Shown in pieces: positions 35,771 through 49,032 of a stretch of DNA of 64,000 bases. The DNA lies in assembly GCA_046563655.1 (NCBI GenBank), contig CM102289.1, positions 2,914,001-2,978,000 of the forward strand, in the 5' to 3' direction. The notes below the pieces were generated by a model, which ran no database searches, was not told the DNA's origin, and saw only the letters and a list, made by a program, of their open reading frames with translations. The DNA comes from Yuukianura sp. NJ FZ-2021 (lineage: Eukaryota). The stretch's first letter is position 1; every line of letters begins with the position of its first letter. Position numbers and translations under genes: made by a program.

Positions 35771-38700
35771 TCAATTTGTTAACTCAACATAATGCCTGTC
35801 TTCTATGTCGGATTGAGCTTTCGGGGTCAAACCATGTCCATATGGAGTTGGTCCGTTGATGACATGCGTATCGGTCAATTCAATTCGACATGCATTGTCA
35901 AACGTCAGTTTTTCACCAGTGGCTGTGGGAATACAAGCATCCGGCGGGGCTTCAAGTTCAAAAAGCATAAAAGTGTTGGTGGCTGGCGGTGGCTTTAGAA
36001 GTGATCCTGGAAGGTAGAGCGTCTGCTGAGGGCCTACAACAGGCCAGTACCTACCCAAATTAAATCCATTTACCCAAAGAAGGCCCTGAAATAATTTAAA
36101 AAAAAATCAAATTTCATTAGAAGCATGATATTTGGAAATAAATTTTGATCTGTTCTTAAAAACGTTTTCACATTCACCCTTGTCCATCCGTCGAATTTCA
36201 CAAAAGTGTCAAGTGGGGATCCAGTGGCATCCATAGAAAGAGTAACATTCCCGACGTAGAACACATTTAAACCACGAGTGTCTTTCAAATGAAATTGATT
36301 CAGCGTTTCCGTCCGTGCAAGTTTTTCGAGTACTTTGAAATTGATTTCTCCGAGGCGATAGTGTTTCCATCTGTTGAGTGACCTTGATCCGAGAAGTACG
36401 ACAGATCCAATTCCCTTGAGAAAGTTGTCGAATTAACCAAATTTTGAAATGCTTGCTACTCCACTAACATCTTTCATTTCGGATTGTAAAATTTCACACA
36501 TGCTTAAAAATGCTTACTTTGCTTTCTCCAATGTCATGGCCAAAACATGGTCTGCCCTGATTCTCAACCAGAATGCTCAACTTTGAATCCTTTTTGATGT
36601 AAATAGGAATTGCAGTGATGTTTTCAGTTCTTGAGAGAATTCCAACTCTAACCTAAAATACATACAGTTGTTTCTTTTTTTGAAAATTTCATTTTAAAAG
36701 TTTTATGAAAAATAGATTTTTAAATTGGAAGTAGGAACTTTTACGTGATTGATGGAAACATAAGCTCGATCTTTAAGACCTGGAACAGAGAGGATTACAG
36801 GGTCAGAGGTCAAGAAGTCAACCATAGTTTCGTACAAAACAAATCCAGAGCCTAATTTCAAATCTTCAAAGGAAAGCGGAGTTAGCCTGTTTAAAAATTA
36901 CAAATTAACTTCTGAAGCTCTCCAAAGTAAGTTAAGTATTTGAAAATCACTTACGAGTACACCGGAGAAGCATCAAGAAGTGGAAGAAGATGAGGGTGTT
37001 GTAAGTATGCAAATGGCTTCAACTGCACAGTACCATAGTTTCCTTTTGGCGACACTACTGGTTTCTCTTCCGGAACAGGAACAAACTATGGCAAAAGTCG
37101 AAGGCCAATTACAAATTTAATTTTACTTTGAATAACAAGTTACAGAAGACTCTCTAACTTAGAAAATGTGCAAAATACAAAACAAATGGCAATCCAGAAT
37201 ACAAAACTGGCAAGGTTACCATTACTGGGGTAGGAAAAAATTAAACCAAAATAGCAAATGGATGAATTTTGCAGTGACAATAAGACTTCAGAGTAGCAAA
37301 TTTCCTGTCCCCGTTTGTGCAATTGCCATTTGTTTTGTATTTTGCACTTTTTTTAAATTGGAAAGTTTACTGTGTAGCTTTTCAAATTTACAGTGGAGAT
37401 AAGACTCCGGATTGCCCAGTACTTTTCAGTTGGGTCCCCTGCTTCGTTGAGCGGGGCGTCGTAGTCGTATGATGTTGGGCATGCTTCAAATATACTGTAA
37501 ATTCAAAATTTTATCCAATTTGACTTTTGTTTTAAAATTTTTGTTTTGTTTTAAGTTAAAATAAATTGTCCAACTTTTTAAAATCTGCTAAACTCATGCG
37601 CGGTTTACTTGTTGTCAATGTTAGCTCCTGCAGAGTACCCAAAGGAAGTACCACCGTAGAACATGTACATATTTACATTCCCCTGATACCAAAGGATGGA
37701 CCTTAACGTGTCAATTACATTGCTTACACTTTGTGTGCTGTGTGGTTGCTGCCAGTGATCTGCTCAATGAAAAAAATTTGCATTTAAACATATGATTAAA
37801 CAACAATTCTAGACAGTATTACAGTATTGACAACAATAAGAAGTCTGATTTAAAATATAAATATTATTAGCAAATAGTTGAAGCAGTTTTTACCTAACCA
37901 CCCCGTGTAGTACTCAGAGTTAACAGATGGACCTTGACCGTTATTAAATTTTTTCTGAAGAGAAAATGCTTTCCCGACATCTCCGCCTTTTAACAAAAAA
38001 ATAGCTGTTAAACTTTAAACTTAAACATAATAATAAATATTAAGGTAACACGCAAGAATCTAACAGTTTGGAAATAATTGCGTTCAAACTTACCTGGACC
38101 GAAGTCAACTGGAAAAATAAAATGTATCAATTAAAGTAAACTTTGCTTACTTTTTGTAATCAGCAGCTTTCATTTCTAAATTTTGTAGCTTTTTTAAATT
38201 TAAAAAAAAATTTGTTGCCTGTCGAGAATACTTCTGGCACTGAGCCACATTTTAAGTATTGTTCTCCATTCCCATCTGTTGTAATCAATGTAACATTGGA
38301 TCCCAAATGCTTCCGGATTAAATCCCTCAAGAACATTGTGTAATTTTTGTCACATCCGAAACTTCCGTATTCATTTTCAACCTTGAACCGTTATAAAAAC
38401 TAGAATTAACGGAGCAAAAAATGCTAGAAATGATTCATGCCAGCTTAACTATATAAAATGTTACAACGTGAAAACATTTCCGACCATAGGATATGTAAAA
38501 GTTTCTATGTTAAATCTAATTAATAATAAATTTATATAAAATTAATTGGTGTTTTAACATTAAACTTACTTGGACCAGTATAATTGGTCCTCCATTTTCG
38601 TAAAGGTAAGGCACGAGTCGCGGTAGAAGGTGATCGAACCAACGACCGACGAAGTAGTTGTATTCTGAAAACAAAAAGTTGGTGTAAAACGAAATAATTG

Positions 38701-39573
38701 TGCCATGTTTTTTTAATATCATTTCAAAAATTTTCAAAATTTTCTAAATAAATTGAAAATGCTGCAAGAGAAGTAGTCCATTCTCACCCAAGTCGGACGT
38801 TCTAACGCGCATGTTTCTGCTTTGCCATAGAAGCCATGACGGGAGTCCGCCCATATCCCGCTCTGCGTCAATATAAGGTCCTGGTCTTAGAATTACCAAA
38901 AGATCATTTCGTGCTGCTTCGTCAAGGAATTCAAATAAATCCAAATTTCCGCTAAAATTGTACTCTTCTGCTGGAGTCGGCTGATGTGAAGACCATTCGA
39001 CATAACTTTAATTCAAATAAGAAAAAAAGACAAGAATTTATGTTAAGCAGATTTGCAAGTAAGCCAGTGTCGCCGTTTCCTGTTGAGTTCAAATATTTAT
39101 TTTTGAATGTTCTATGCTGCTTACGTTTGCACAGTATTTAAGCCCGCCAATTTAAATTTGTGCAAAATGTCAGCCCATTTTTCGCGAACTGAGCGGAAGT
39201 AGTGGAACGATCCAGAAATGTAACGAAATCGCCTGCCATCTTTAACGAAGTTGTTTCCGTCTATTCCAAAACTCCGAGAAATCGGAGGTATTGTCGTAGT
39301 TGTCGTAGGTGCTTGCGTCGTGGTTGTCGTAGTCGTCGTGGGTGGTTGTGTCGTAGTTGTCGTGGGTGGTTGTGCCGTAGTTCTCGTGGTCGTAGTTGTG
39401 GTTGTGGTTTTAGGCTTGGTTGACCACTGGAACTGAGTCGTTGTTGGTTCAGTTGAGGCGACCGAAGTAGGCCAAAAACCTGGCCACTGACGACCATTGA
39501 CCGTAGCAGCAAAATGTTTGTTGCAAACGGCAATAAGCGTAAAAATTAAAACCATCTTTTCCCAAACTTCCAT
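35771..39573 (-). CDS. GH35 beta-galactosidase with N-terminal Thr/Pro-rich segment, multi-exon
   Basis: [78 protein letters not shown]. Confidence 0.95.
37141..37376. mobile_element. Old MITE-like inverted repeat in a beta-galactosidase intron
   Basis: Perfect 26-bp inverted pair GTGCAAAATACAAAACAAATGGCAAT (37168-37193) / 37322-37347, extending imperfectly outward. Confidence 0.65.
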
Positions 39574-40420
39574 TGTCAAAAGTGTGGATGCAAATAAATG
39601 TCAGTTTGAAAAGATGATTTCTATTAAACTTGAGAACTCATCAACTCTAGCTACTGAAGTTGAATAATATCAAAAGATTGACTCAAAGTTACAGTTTTTT
39701 ACTTTATCAAGACAAAGGCTTATATGCTATACGATTCTCTGGAGTTACACCCTAACACCAGTTGTTATATCCTTGTTATATTAACTTTTGATTTATCATC
39801 TAAAGGACACTGACGAGACGATGATTCATTTTCAACGCAAGATAAACTCAGCATCATAGTTTAAAAAATCTACAGGGTTTGCGGAAATTAGCCTAAGTTG
39901 CATAACAAAAATTCCAATTTGCATTGCAAATACGAATTGTTTAAAATGAGAATCAATTAGTAAAGGTAATCCATGACCAAAAAAGTCCAAAATCTGAAGT
40001 ACAAACTACGCGTTTTACCTCACTGGACATAACTGCGTTGTCTTAAATCATAAATATCAGCATATGTATATAATTTTGTATATATGTGCATATTTTGTTG
40101 ATACACATAATATATGTGTATATATGGCCATAAACGGCGATTGGAACTTTTTTGATATTTCAAATGTGCCCTCTAAAAAAATACACACTATAGGCCTTAA
40201 TACGTATCAGCAACTTTTTGAACTAATTTGTGTTTACCTCAATTGACGTAGTTATTTATAATAGTCGGCACGTTTAAAATTCTAATTTGTTGTATCAACA
40301 TCAAGTTCAATTAGTAGCTGCAATTATAGAACAAGTACTAAAAAATACATTATTTTTAATCTGTTAGGATTAATGATCGTTAACGACCATTTAATATTGT
40401 AACACCTACAAAAATTTTTG

Positions 40421-40427
40421 TATAAAA
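40421..40427 (+). promoter_or_regulatory. TATA box of OBP-like gene A
   Basis: TGTATAAAA ~90 bp upstream of ATG; the same motif lies at similar distance upstream of paralog B (43760-43766, - strand). Confidence 0.5.
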
Positions 40428-40510
40428 TCCATAGCTAGGACCTGAAAAAGTCATCACAATCCAAATTCAGGTTTCACTCAACCTAATACTTTGAATTTGA
40501 AATTTCGAAA

Positions 40511-41444
40511 ATGCTGCGATTTCTTGCTTTGGCTGCAGTTGTCACTGTTTGCGTTGGTCATACAGCAGACAAGGTACAACAATGCTACCTTGTTTTTTTT
40601 ATAATTGTTTAAATAAATTGTACACATTCAAATGTGTATTTAATTTTTACAATTTCTATGTTCAAATAACAGTCAAAGTGGAAATCTCCAGTTTGTACTG
40701 ACAAAGGAGTTTATGGACCAGCGCCAGAATTTGAAGACGCACTCAAAGCTTGTGGTGATGGAGAGGTACTTATTAAGTTATTGTCCCCATGGTATTTTCC
40801 TTTTTAATAAATTGAGTAGCTTTTGTAGAACATTTTATGAAACACACATTCTAAGTTGGCTATGTATTAAATTTTAGTGTGTTTTCAACTGCCAGGCTGA
40901 TGTTTTGGGTTGGGTAAGATTTTTTAAACTTGCGTCAAAAAAATTTATTTTATTTTACGCTACTTTTCACTCTGAACGACAAAACGAAAAAAGATTATTG
41001 TTAACAACACTTTAGAAAAATGCCGATGGAACTGTGACGCTTGACATCTTTGAAGATTACATTCAATCCTTTGTTGGACCAGACTTCGAAGAGTTTTGTC
41101 TTGGACGTGTACGAAGTTGCTGGGAATCATTTGGTAAATTACTACTATTGAGTTAGAATTGATTCATCATACATAGTTTAACGTATACGAAGAAAAAATT
41201 CTTAAATATTTCTTATTAGGTAAACATATTGGAGTTGGTGACGAACAGTGTCATATTTCTAAATCATTTACTGATTGCCTTTGGAGTTCCATTCCACTGA
41301 TGGTAAAAATTCCTTAATTACAAAACTGAAACTTAGTGGTTTTAAGATATATTCTTGTAGAATATAATCCAAAAATATCGTCCTGCTGAACTAGTTTGTT
41401 AATTGTGATTGAATTTTTAGCATTGCAAACCACCCGGACTATAA
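40511..41444 (+). CDS. Odorant-binding-protein-like secreted protein A, 6 exons
   Basis: MLRFLALAAVVTVCVGHTADK/SKWKSPVC...ALKACGDGE/CVFNCQADVLGW/KNADG...RSCWESF/GKHIGVGDEQCHISKSFTDCLWSSIPLM/HCKPPGL*; C-x3-C and C-x8-C OBP pattern; not in the ORF track. Confidence 0.78.
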
Positions 41445-41814
41445 TACTCCGATACCAGACAACTCAACCTTGCTGCCGGATTTGGGCTTGAACATTTTTT
41501 CTCTTTTAATTTGGAAATTCTTTTAGTATTTTTCTTTTCATTAAAAATTGTCGGCAAAATAAAACTCTTTTAGCATCCAAATCGGTATTGCTTGCTTTTA
41601 TTCAACTCCTTTGTCACAAAAATTAAATTAAGTAACACAAAACATGAAGTCACTTACTGATCATGCCAAACAAATATGCATAATATCAAATGTCCTTAGC
41701 ATTCGGTACGATTACTATTGAAATCAGGGTGTTCGTGGATGGGCTCGACTCGTTATTACAAATGTCAGAAATATTAAAAATGTCTATTACAAGAGCAAAT
41801 AAAGTATAGCATGA

Positions 41815-42090
41815 GGAAAATAAAGTAAAATTTATAGTCAAGTGAAACTAAAGGCACCATCAACATGAGGTTAAATTTTTCACTCATGCGTTTGCATCAG
41901 GGACATAAAGTAAAATTTTTGAGGCAAGTGGTTGTTCGCACCAGAAGTGTTTACAGTAAAATTTCTGTCAAGTGAGCCTTTAGCATCAAAACATAGTGTA
42001 AAAGTTTAGCCTCGAGTGAGGGTTAGCACCAGGAACGTAAGGGACACTTTTAGAGCCCAATGAGACTTTTAGCACCTAGAACATAAGCGC
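41815..42090. repeat. Degenerate ~44-bp tandem repeat (~6 copies)
   Basis: Recurring TAAAGTAAAATTT...CAAGTG...TTAGCACCA pattern between the convergent OBP-like genes. Confidence 0.55.
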
Positions 42091-42746
42091 CAGAAGCTTT
42101 TGGAAACCACATCTCAATCGTTGGAATTTAAATTTTTGAAGAATTCGTGTAACTATGCATGTGCAAATACACTCAAGATTTAAAAATATTTCTTTTTGTC
42201 AATTCTTTTTTCAAAAATAGTTTTCCGTCTTTTCGCGATTTACCATATTTCAAGCCATGTCCAAAGTCTACCGAAAAAACTTTTATTGTCTGCATGTTTT
42301 GAATGGAAATTTATCTCATAATTTTTTTTTCACTTTCATTCCAAACCACAACTTACTTAAAGCCCAGCCAATGGCTTCAATGATCTGTGTAACGTTTTTA
42401 TTAATTCTTTGACAAAAGTAAAATGTTTTTTACTCAACAACAATACGCAAGAATTTCGAAATCAGTAAAAAAATTGCGGTCCTTAAAGTGCAGTATCTGA
42501 TTAACACAGACACAAAATGAAATCCAACAGTAGTATTGAAAAGAGTAGGCACTAAAGGATTCGAAAATGGAATAAACAAACTAGTTCATACATGGTCGGC
42601 AACATTTTGATGCTAAAAGTGTTTATTCGAATTGCAGAACTTTGTGAAAGACAAAAAATGAAGTTTAGAAAAAAACTAAAAATAACAGAAATGAAGAAAA
42701 GCATGAACTCAGCAACCAGTAGTCAACGAGAGGCCTTTTGTGCACC

Positions 42747-43671
42747 TTATTGGTCCGGTGTACAGTGCTATAAAAAAAAATTGAAATTATACATTCAGTT
42801 TAAAAATTGCTCAACCAAAACGAGCTTTCCATTAACAAGTAAAGTTGTTTTCTAGTTTTGTGACATTACAAGAAGTGGAAGAACGCTCCACAGACAATCT
42901 GTAAAATCCTTGGAATTTTTACAATCCTCCTTGTCATCCTTAATTTTCTCGCCTAACAATTTTGAAAGCTTAGTAAATTTTATCCACATTTTAGTGAACA
43001 CTTTTTTAGCCACTTTTGGAAAACGATTAATCAACAAAAACTTATATCAATTTGAATTACCAAACCGTTTATAGCATTCTTGACCTCGATGGAGGATAAG
43101 TTCTTTGTAGTCTGGAGGAGAATATTCTCCAAGAAACTCGTCGAAAACGTCTTGACTGTATGATCCATCCTCGTTTACCTATAACACACCGTACAGAATT
43201 TTCAGTATACAAAATTACATAATATAAGTACTAAACTAACTTATATTTATTATATTATAACAAATTATTTTGAAATTTACGTTATAAGTTTCTTACCCAA
43301 CCCAAAATTTTAGCCTGACAATGAAATACGCACTGAAAAGCAATAATAATGTAATTCAAAACTTAGAATTCCAACACCATGCTGTTTAATATTTCTAAAA
43401 TTATGTTTTTAAGCAAAGTGCTTACCGGACCATCACCGCACGCTTTGAGAAGAACGTCGTGCTCAGGAGCAATTACAAACTTTCCTTCCTTAGAACATTG
43501 CAGTCTTTTCCATTTCGTCTGTTTTAATTTAAAATGGAAATTAAAAAGTAACCTTATCGAAAGTATTCCGAAATTGGTTTTACTTCGAATAACAAAAAAA
43601 CAGGTTACCTTGTCAGCGGTATGTGCTGAGCAGGCAGCAACAAGTGCGAAGGCAACAACAAACCGGAGCAT
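42747..43671 (-). CDS. Odorant-binding-protein-like secreted protein B, 6 exons
   Basis: MLRFVVAFALVAACSAHTADK/TKWKRLQC...LKACGDGP/CVFHCQAKILGW/VNEDG...ECYKRF/GEK...DCKNSKDFTDCLWSVLPLL/HCTPDQ*; same intron positions as A. Confidence 0.78.
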
Positions 43672-44392
43672 TCTGGATTTTGAATTGGATTTGATCGTTA
43701 GCAAAGAAAATAGAAGTGAAAATAAGAATATGATGATTTTTTTCTTTTAAATACGGCTTTTTTATACAATATTGTACAGAGTACCAAAAACATTAAATGC
43801 TCATTAACTCTCATCGAGAAGATTCAATGCTTACTAATTGTTTTCTAATTTAAATCAACTAAAAGTTTTACTTAATTTAAATGCATCTAGTCATATCAAA
43901 TGTAGTATATGTTAACATTTTTCTTCATGTTGATAGGTTTGTTAAATATTTTGTGTCGTTAGGCTTACAAACCAAAACAACGAATGCTGTATTTTTAGAA
44001 ACTTGGAAATATTCTGAACCCGTATAATTGCTGCAGTATTTGTGGTTTTATTTTTTAATCGAATTTTATTTACAGGTATGAATTGGTAAGATTACACATG
44101 TTTTCAATTGTTCTTTGTAACGCTGGAAGAAGACGAAAACGTCGGAAGTCGCTTACGCTCCATTATAATTTGGAAGTCTAAAACAAAAAAAATGTTTTAT
44201 ATCTCCATGATTTTATGAGGACTTCTTTTTCGCAAAAATTTAGTAAAATGCATTTCACAAATACATGTATTTACGCATACGCATTTCAAAATCTACGCGA
44301 ATTTTGAAAAATCCTAATCCTGCTTGTCAAATAATTTTACCTTTTTTTGAATTTTGACGCGTTTGATAATGCACGGAATGTATGAAAATGAC

Positions 44393-45320
44393 CTAACTTT
44401 CGTACCAGATTGACGAGGTGCTAGGAGCGGCCGTAAGATCGAGTCTTTCCAGGTGCGATTCCAGCTTCCGAACCTCCTGCAAATAAATCGATTATGACTT
44501 TTTCCATTATTACTGTTGACAGCCCTTGCATGCTCAATGTTCACCTTAGGTTTAGTAATGCTGTTTTTCAGAATTAGGTTATGTAAGGCTAGTTTTTTAA
44601 TTAGGTTACATGAGGCTAGTTGTTTTTATATTGCGTTATGTACTGTACTATAAAAACTGTAACAAGGAAATAAGTGAAAGTGGATTTTAAGCTTGAAACT
44701 TGAATTGATTCCAGTTCTTAATCCGATCATAACCATTTGGACCCCCCCCCCCCCGTTCGTCATTTCCCGCAGAAAACTTTCTCTTGGCCCAAACTTAATT
44801 CTGGAATAATGTTCATCTTTAATCTATTTTATTCGGTTGCTGATCCGAGATGCCAAGTCCACTTAAATTTACTTTCCCAGAAACCAACGCTGGCCTAGGG
44901 AAAGTTGCATTCCAAATCCCATGAAAATGAAAGTGAGCAGACAGATTAACCCGGAGTTTATGGGGGAAAAGGCGAAGGTTAGATCAGGTTGATAATTTAA
45001 CGTTAGGCTAGAGTTGGGTGTGAGATTAGGTTAGAGACGTACCATCATCTCTTGTTGCAACTGTTTCATGAGGATGGCTCTGTTTTTGTCTTTACAGCGT
45101 TTGTTTTGAAACCAAACGCGGATGACCCTAGGTGAAAGTCCAGTCATTTCTGCCAATTGTTCCTTCATAAGAGCATCAGGCCTTGGATTGTGATTGTAGA
45201 AGTTACGCAGGGTGTGAAGTTGTTTTTCATTCAGTACGGTACGAACGCGAATCGGTTTCCCTTCACCGGATCCAAGACCATCCCCGATTTTATTAGGAGT
45301 CACTCCGGATTCAGGGGAAT
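44393..45320 (-). pseudogene. Islet/tailup-type homeobox fragment, copy 1 (exons 45320-45043, 44476-44393), no LIM exons or clear start
   Basis: [58 protein letters not shown] is an Islet-class homeodomain; following exon EVRKLES resembles Islet EGRKLG; coding vs pseudogene status uncertain. Confidence 0.7.
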
Positions 45321-48300
45321 CTACAATTAAAAAAAAGAGAATGCTAGTTACAGTTTTACATAATTTGGAATTCTCTCGGGTAAAAAATAATTAAGGTAAG
45401 CAAAGGGGACTTGGAGAGTGACAGTTTCGTGTCAAAGTGAAAGTGAAAACAGGAACATGTTTCTTTCTACATCGTTTTCCCTCCAGGCCCGTTTGTGCGT
45501 TCCACACGTCCCTTAACTGAAGAAGGTAACCCCTTAAGGGTACACTCTGACTCACAGAAGCACCACCGACTCCGGTCCATTGCTCTTTGGTCACTTTTAA
45601 CCCTAGAGTTTGGGTTAACGCTTAAGTTGAAGCTGAGCTAAGTGTTGGCAGAAGCAGACACGTAGGTCGTCGTCTCCTACAATCCTAACCTGAACAAGGT
45701 CCCTGATCTGTCCCTTGGATCAAAGTTGGAAGAGGGAAAGTCTCTTGTAATTACCCTTAACGACCATTGACAGACAGGATCAATGGAGACCCTTGAAACA
45801 ACGACAAGACAGAGTGGACTTGTCCATAGCTTCACAAAGTCTTCAAGATGAGGCTCCTTCCAAAAAATCCTTCTGCTGGCATGGACATGGACGACAACGA
45901 GGTCGTCGAAGGAAACAAAAAAAAAACGGAGCCCTTCAATGGAAATTTCCGAGTTCCCTTGGAACGGCCAAGGACGTTTCTAAGTTTCCATAGAATAGGG
46001 TTAGAAGGGCCTCGGCCTCGTTTTGTTTGCTTCTGCACAAAAATTTCGAAAAATAATTTATTTTTGTTCAATTCTTGAAACCAAAATTGGTACATTTTGA
46101 TTCCCTTTTACAAATTTTATCATAAATGCAAGAAAAAAAACCATGCCTTGTTTGACAAGAAAGTTCAATACATTCTTTGTCGGAATTGAATTTGGGAGGT
46201 TAGAAGAATTTCGCGAATTTTCATATGAAACTAAACTTTTTTTTCTTACTTTGACTTCTTACAATAATACAATGATTTGAAATACTAAAAATATGGTTTT
46301 TGAACGTTGAGACAATTTTGAACTTTTTTTTAGCCCAAAAAACATGAGGTTGAGGAACTCATTGTTGTGATTCCTGTTGTGATGTGACTCACATTTCTAC
46401 TTGTTTCTGTATATTCTCCCAATGTTTAAGGTCCACTGTCCCACAAGCACCTTTAACAAAACAATTTTGGTGTAGCTTTTTCCAATGTGTGAAAACTCAA
46501 TGACTTTTCTAAAAAATTTTCTTGTCTTTTAAACAATAGAACAAAAATACTAAAAGTTAAGCCCACTTCACACCTGGAATTGACCCAAATCCAAATTTCA
46601 ACAAAGCTGTACAGATAAAGTGACCTGTAAGAAACAAAAGCAACTCGGTTTTTTGTCCAACTTGAAGTTTTGAATCTTGTAAATTCAGAAACTTAACGCG
46701 GAAACCCACAAAAAAAATGCGAATTTCATTCGAAAACGCTAACCCAGAATTGTGAAAAACGCCATAAAAAAATTTCAGCGATTAATCAATTTAAATTGAA
46801 TTTGCTTTATGTTAGATGTTTCAGGGATGCAAAAGCAAAGTAATTTGTATTTTGGTAATGTTAGGTTTTCCTTTTTTTTTTGTTCAACATTTTGTTTACC
46901 AAAATTGCTTCGACTGCATTCGTCAAAACCTAACTTTTTGTTAACTTAATATTGGATTTATCAACTTTAGCTTAAAAATTTGACAATGAACTTGAAAACG
47001 TACTCAACTGCTGGTCTGTCATGTCGTCTCCCTTTGACGGTGAAATATTGACGATCGCTTCGAACAACAGTGGCGGCGAAGGGGCGAAGATGTGTCTTGT
47101 ACTGGCGTCTGGTTCTGAATACTTCAAGTCAACAACTACTTCACCACTAGCTTTGCAAATCCAACTGCAGCAAAATGCAGTTTCAATTTCGTCCAGCCAA
47201 CCTTAAGCCTTTGGCGGTGGTTGTCAGACTGGTATGGAATTTTGGGATGGAATTTTGTTGAAATCTTTTGTTGAGACTAGGTTATTAGTCTGAAGCCAAC
47301 CCAAGCCAAAAAAAATTAGTGTGAACAAAATGGCTGGGACGCATGGCAGGGGGCTCTTACGAGGTCGAGTCACGTCTAATCGGCTGGCAGGATCTTAATC
47401 GAACCGTCGAATTCGGAAAAAGCTCTGTACAAAACCCCTGGCTTCCAAGTCCTTCCTTGGAAAAGCAAAGTAACGTAGGGAACATAGGCTAACTACCTCC
47501 TCGGAAACACTTCGAACAACGTCTCCCGAAATGATCTAGAGATTTGAGCAGAACCGAAGAACTTATGGCCACTTCCGTCCCACCGTACAACACTACCTAC
47601 TGGAAACATCTCACCTTCAACCTCGAACTGAAAAACGGAAATCAGCCCTACACAGAGAAACTTTCACCCTGGCAAATTCAATTTGTCATTTTGTGCAGAA
47701 AAGGGAAAGGAATGCCTGGCTCCGAACTTTCTCCACATCATTGCTCAATCATCAACTCTCATCGAGAAGATTCAAGGCTTACTAATTGTTTTCTAATTTA
47801 AATGAACTAAGTTTTACTTAATTTAAATGCATATAGTCATATCAAATGTAGTATATGTTAACATTTTTCTTCATGTTGATAGGTTTCTTAAATATTTTGT
47901 GTCGTTAGGCTTACAAACCAAAACAACGAATGCTGTGTTTTTAGAAACTTGGAAATATTCTGAACCCGTATAATTGCTGCAGTATTTCTGGTTTTATTTT
48001 TTAATCAAATTTTATTTACAGGTATGAATTGGTAAGATTACACATGTTTTCAATTGTTCTTTGTAACGCTGGAAGAAAACGAAAACGTCGGAAGTTGCTT
48101 ACGCTCCACTGTATTTGCAAGTCTAAAAGAAAAAGATTGTTATATATTGCTACAATTTTATGAGGATTTCTTTTTTCGCAAACTGTTTACTAAATTTATA
48201 AATTTAGTAAATAATAATTTAGTGAAGGCATTTCGCAAATACATGTATTTACGCAAACGCATTTCAAAATCTTACGCCAAATGCCGCTCAGAAAAATGCT

Positions 48301-49032
48301 AATCCTGGTCAAAAGCTGTTATGAAATAATGATCGTGGGTTACGAATGATGGTCGGTTATGAATAATGATCGGTTATGAAATTATGCTTTATATCCGGTT
48401 GGGGAAATATTTTTCAAAGTTTAGAAAAAAAGTAACTCGTGCTATACTATCACAGTTAGCAATACTGATGACGTGTGGCTAGCTGAGTAAGCGGTACCGC
48501 GTCAAAGGCGCGGCTTAGGTTTGGAAAGCACGCCACAAGGATTACGTCCGTAGGTTCTATTGTCTAAGTCTGGCCTATTAAATTCTCAAAATTTAAAAAA
48601 AAAATTCTTATTTCTGTTCTGTTGGTTTTTTTTTTCTCAAAATTTGTAAAGAAAAAAAATATTTCCTCAGATTTAAAAAAAAACCGATGCCACAAAAAGC
48701 AAATGTGCGCATGTTTGTATCGAATTTGTGATACACAGGCAGATGCTTTCGAGATTCAAGTTTTTTTTAAAAACTTTAACTTTGTTTTTGAATTTTGACG
48801 CGTCAGAAGAAGCTAATCTCAGTTGAAGCAGAACACGCAAGGCAGACTTATGATAAGACGCCAGGAAGCGGAGACTGATCTTGCGTTGTTAGCTAGTCCT
48901 CAAGCTGTTAATGAGCTATTCCGAACGTGCTTGTGTTTGGTAATGCTCAGGATGTATGAAAATGACCTAACTTTCGTACCTGATTGACGACGTGCTGGAA
49001 AGGAAGGTCCGAGTGATCGAGTCTGTCCAGGT

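Noticed and set aside
48098..48125. Fourth and fifth OBP-like genes suggested by terminal exon copies (TCKYSGA* here, degenerate at ~44155-44180)
   Set aside because: Only the last exon and 3' UTR are duplicated; no upstream exons found
48310..48390. Short repeated GGTTATGAA-TAATGATC motif resembling a transposon subterminal array
   Set aside because: No matching opposite terminus or TSD could be identified by eye
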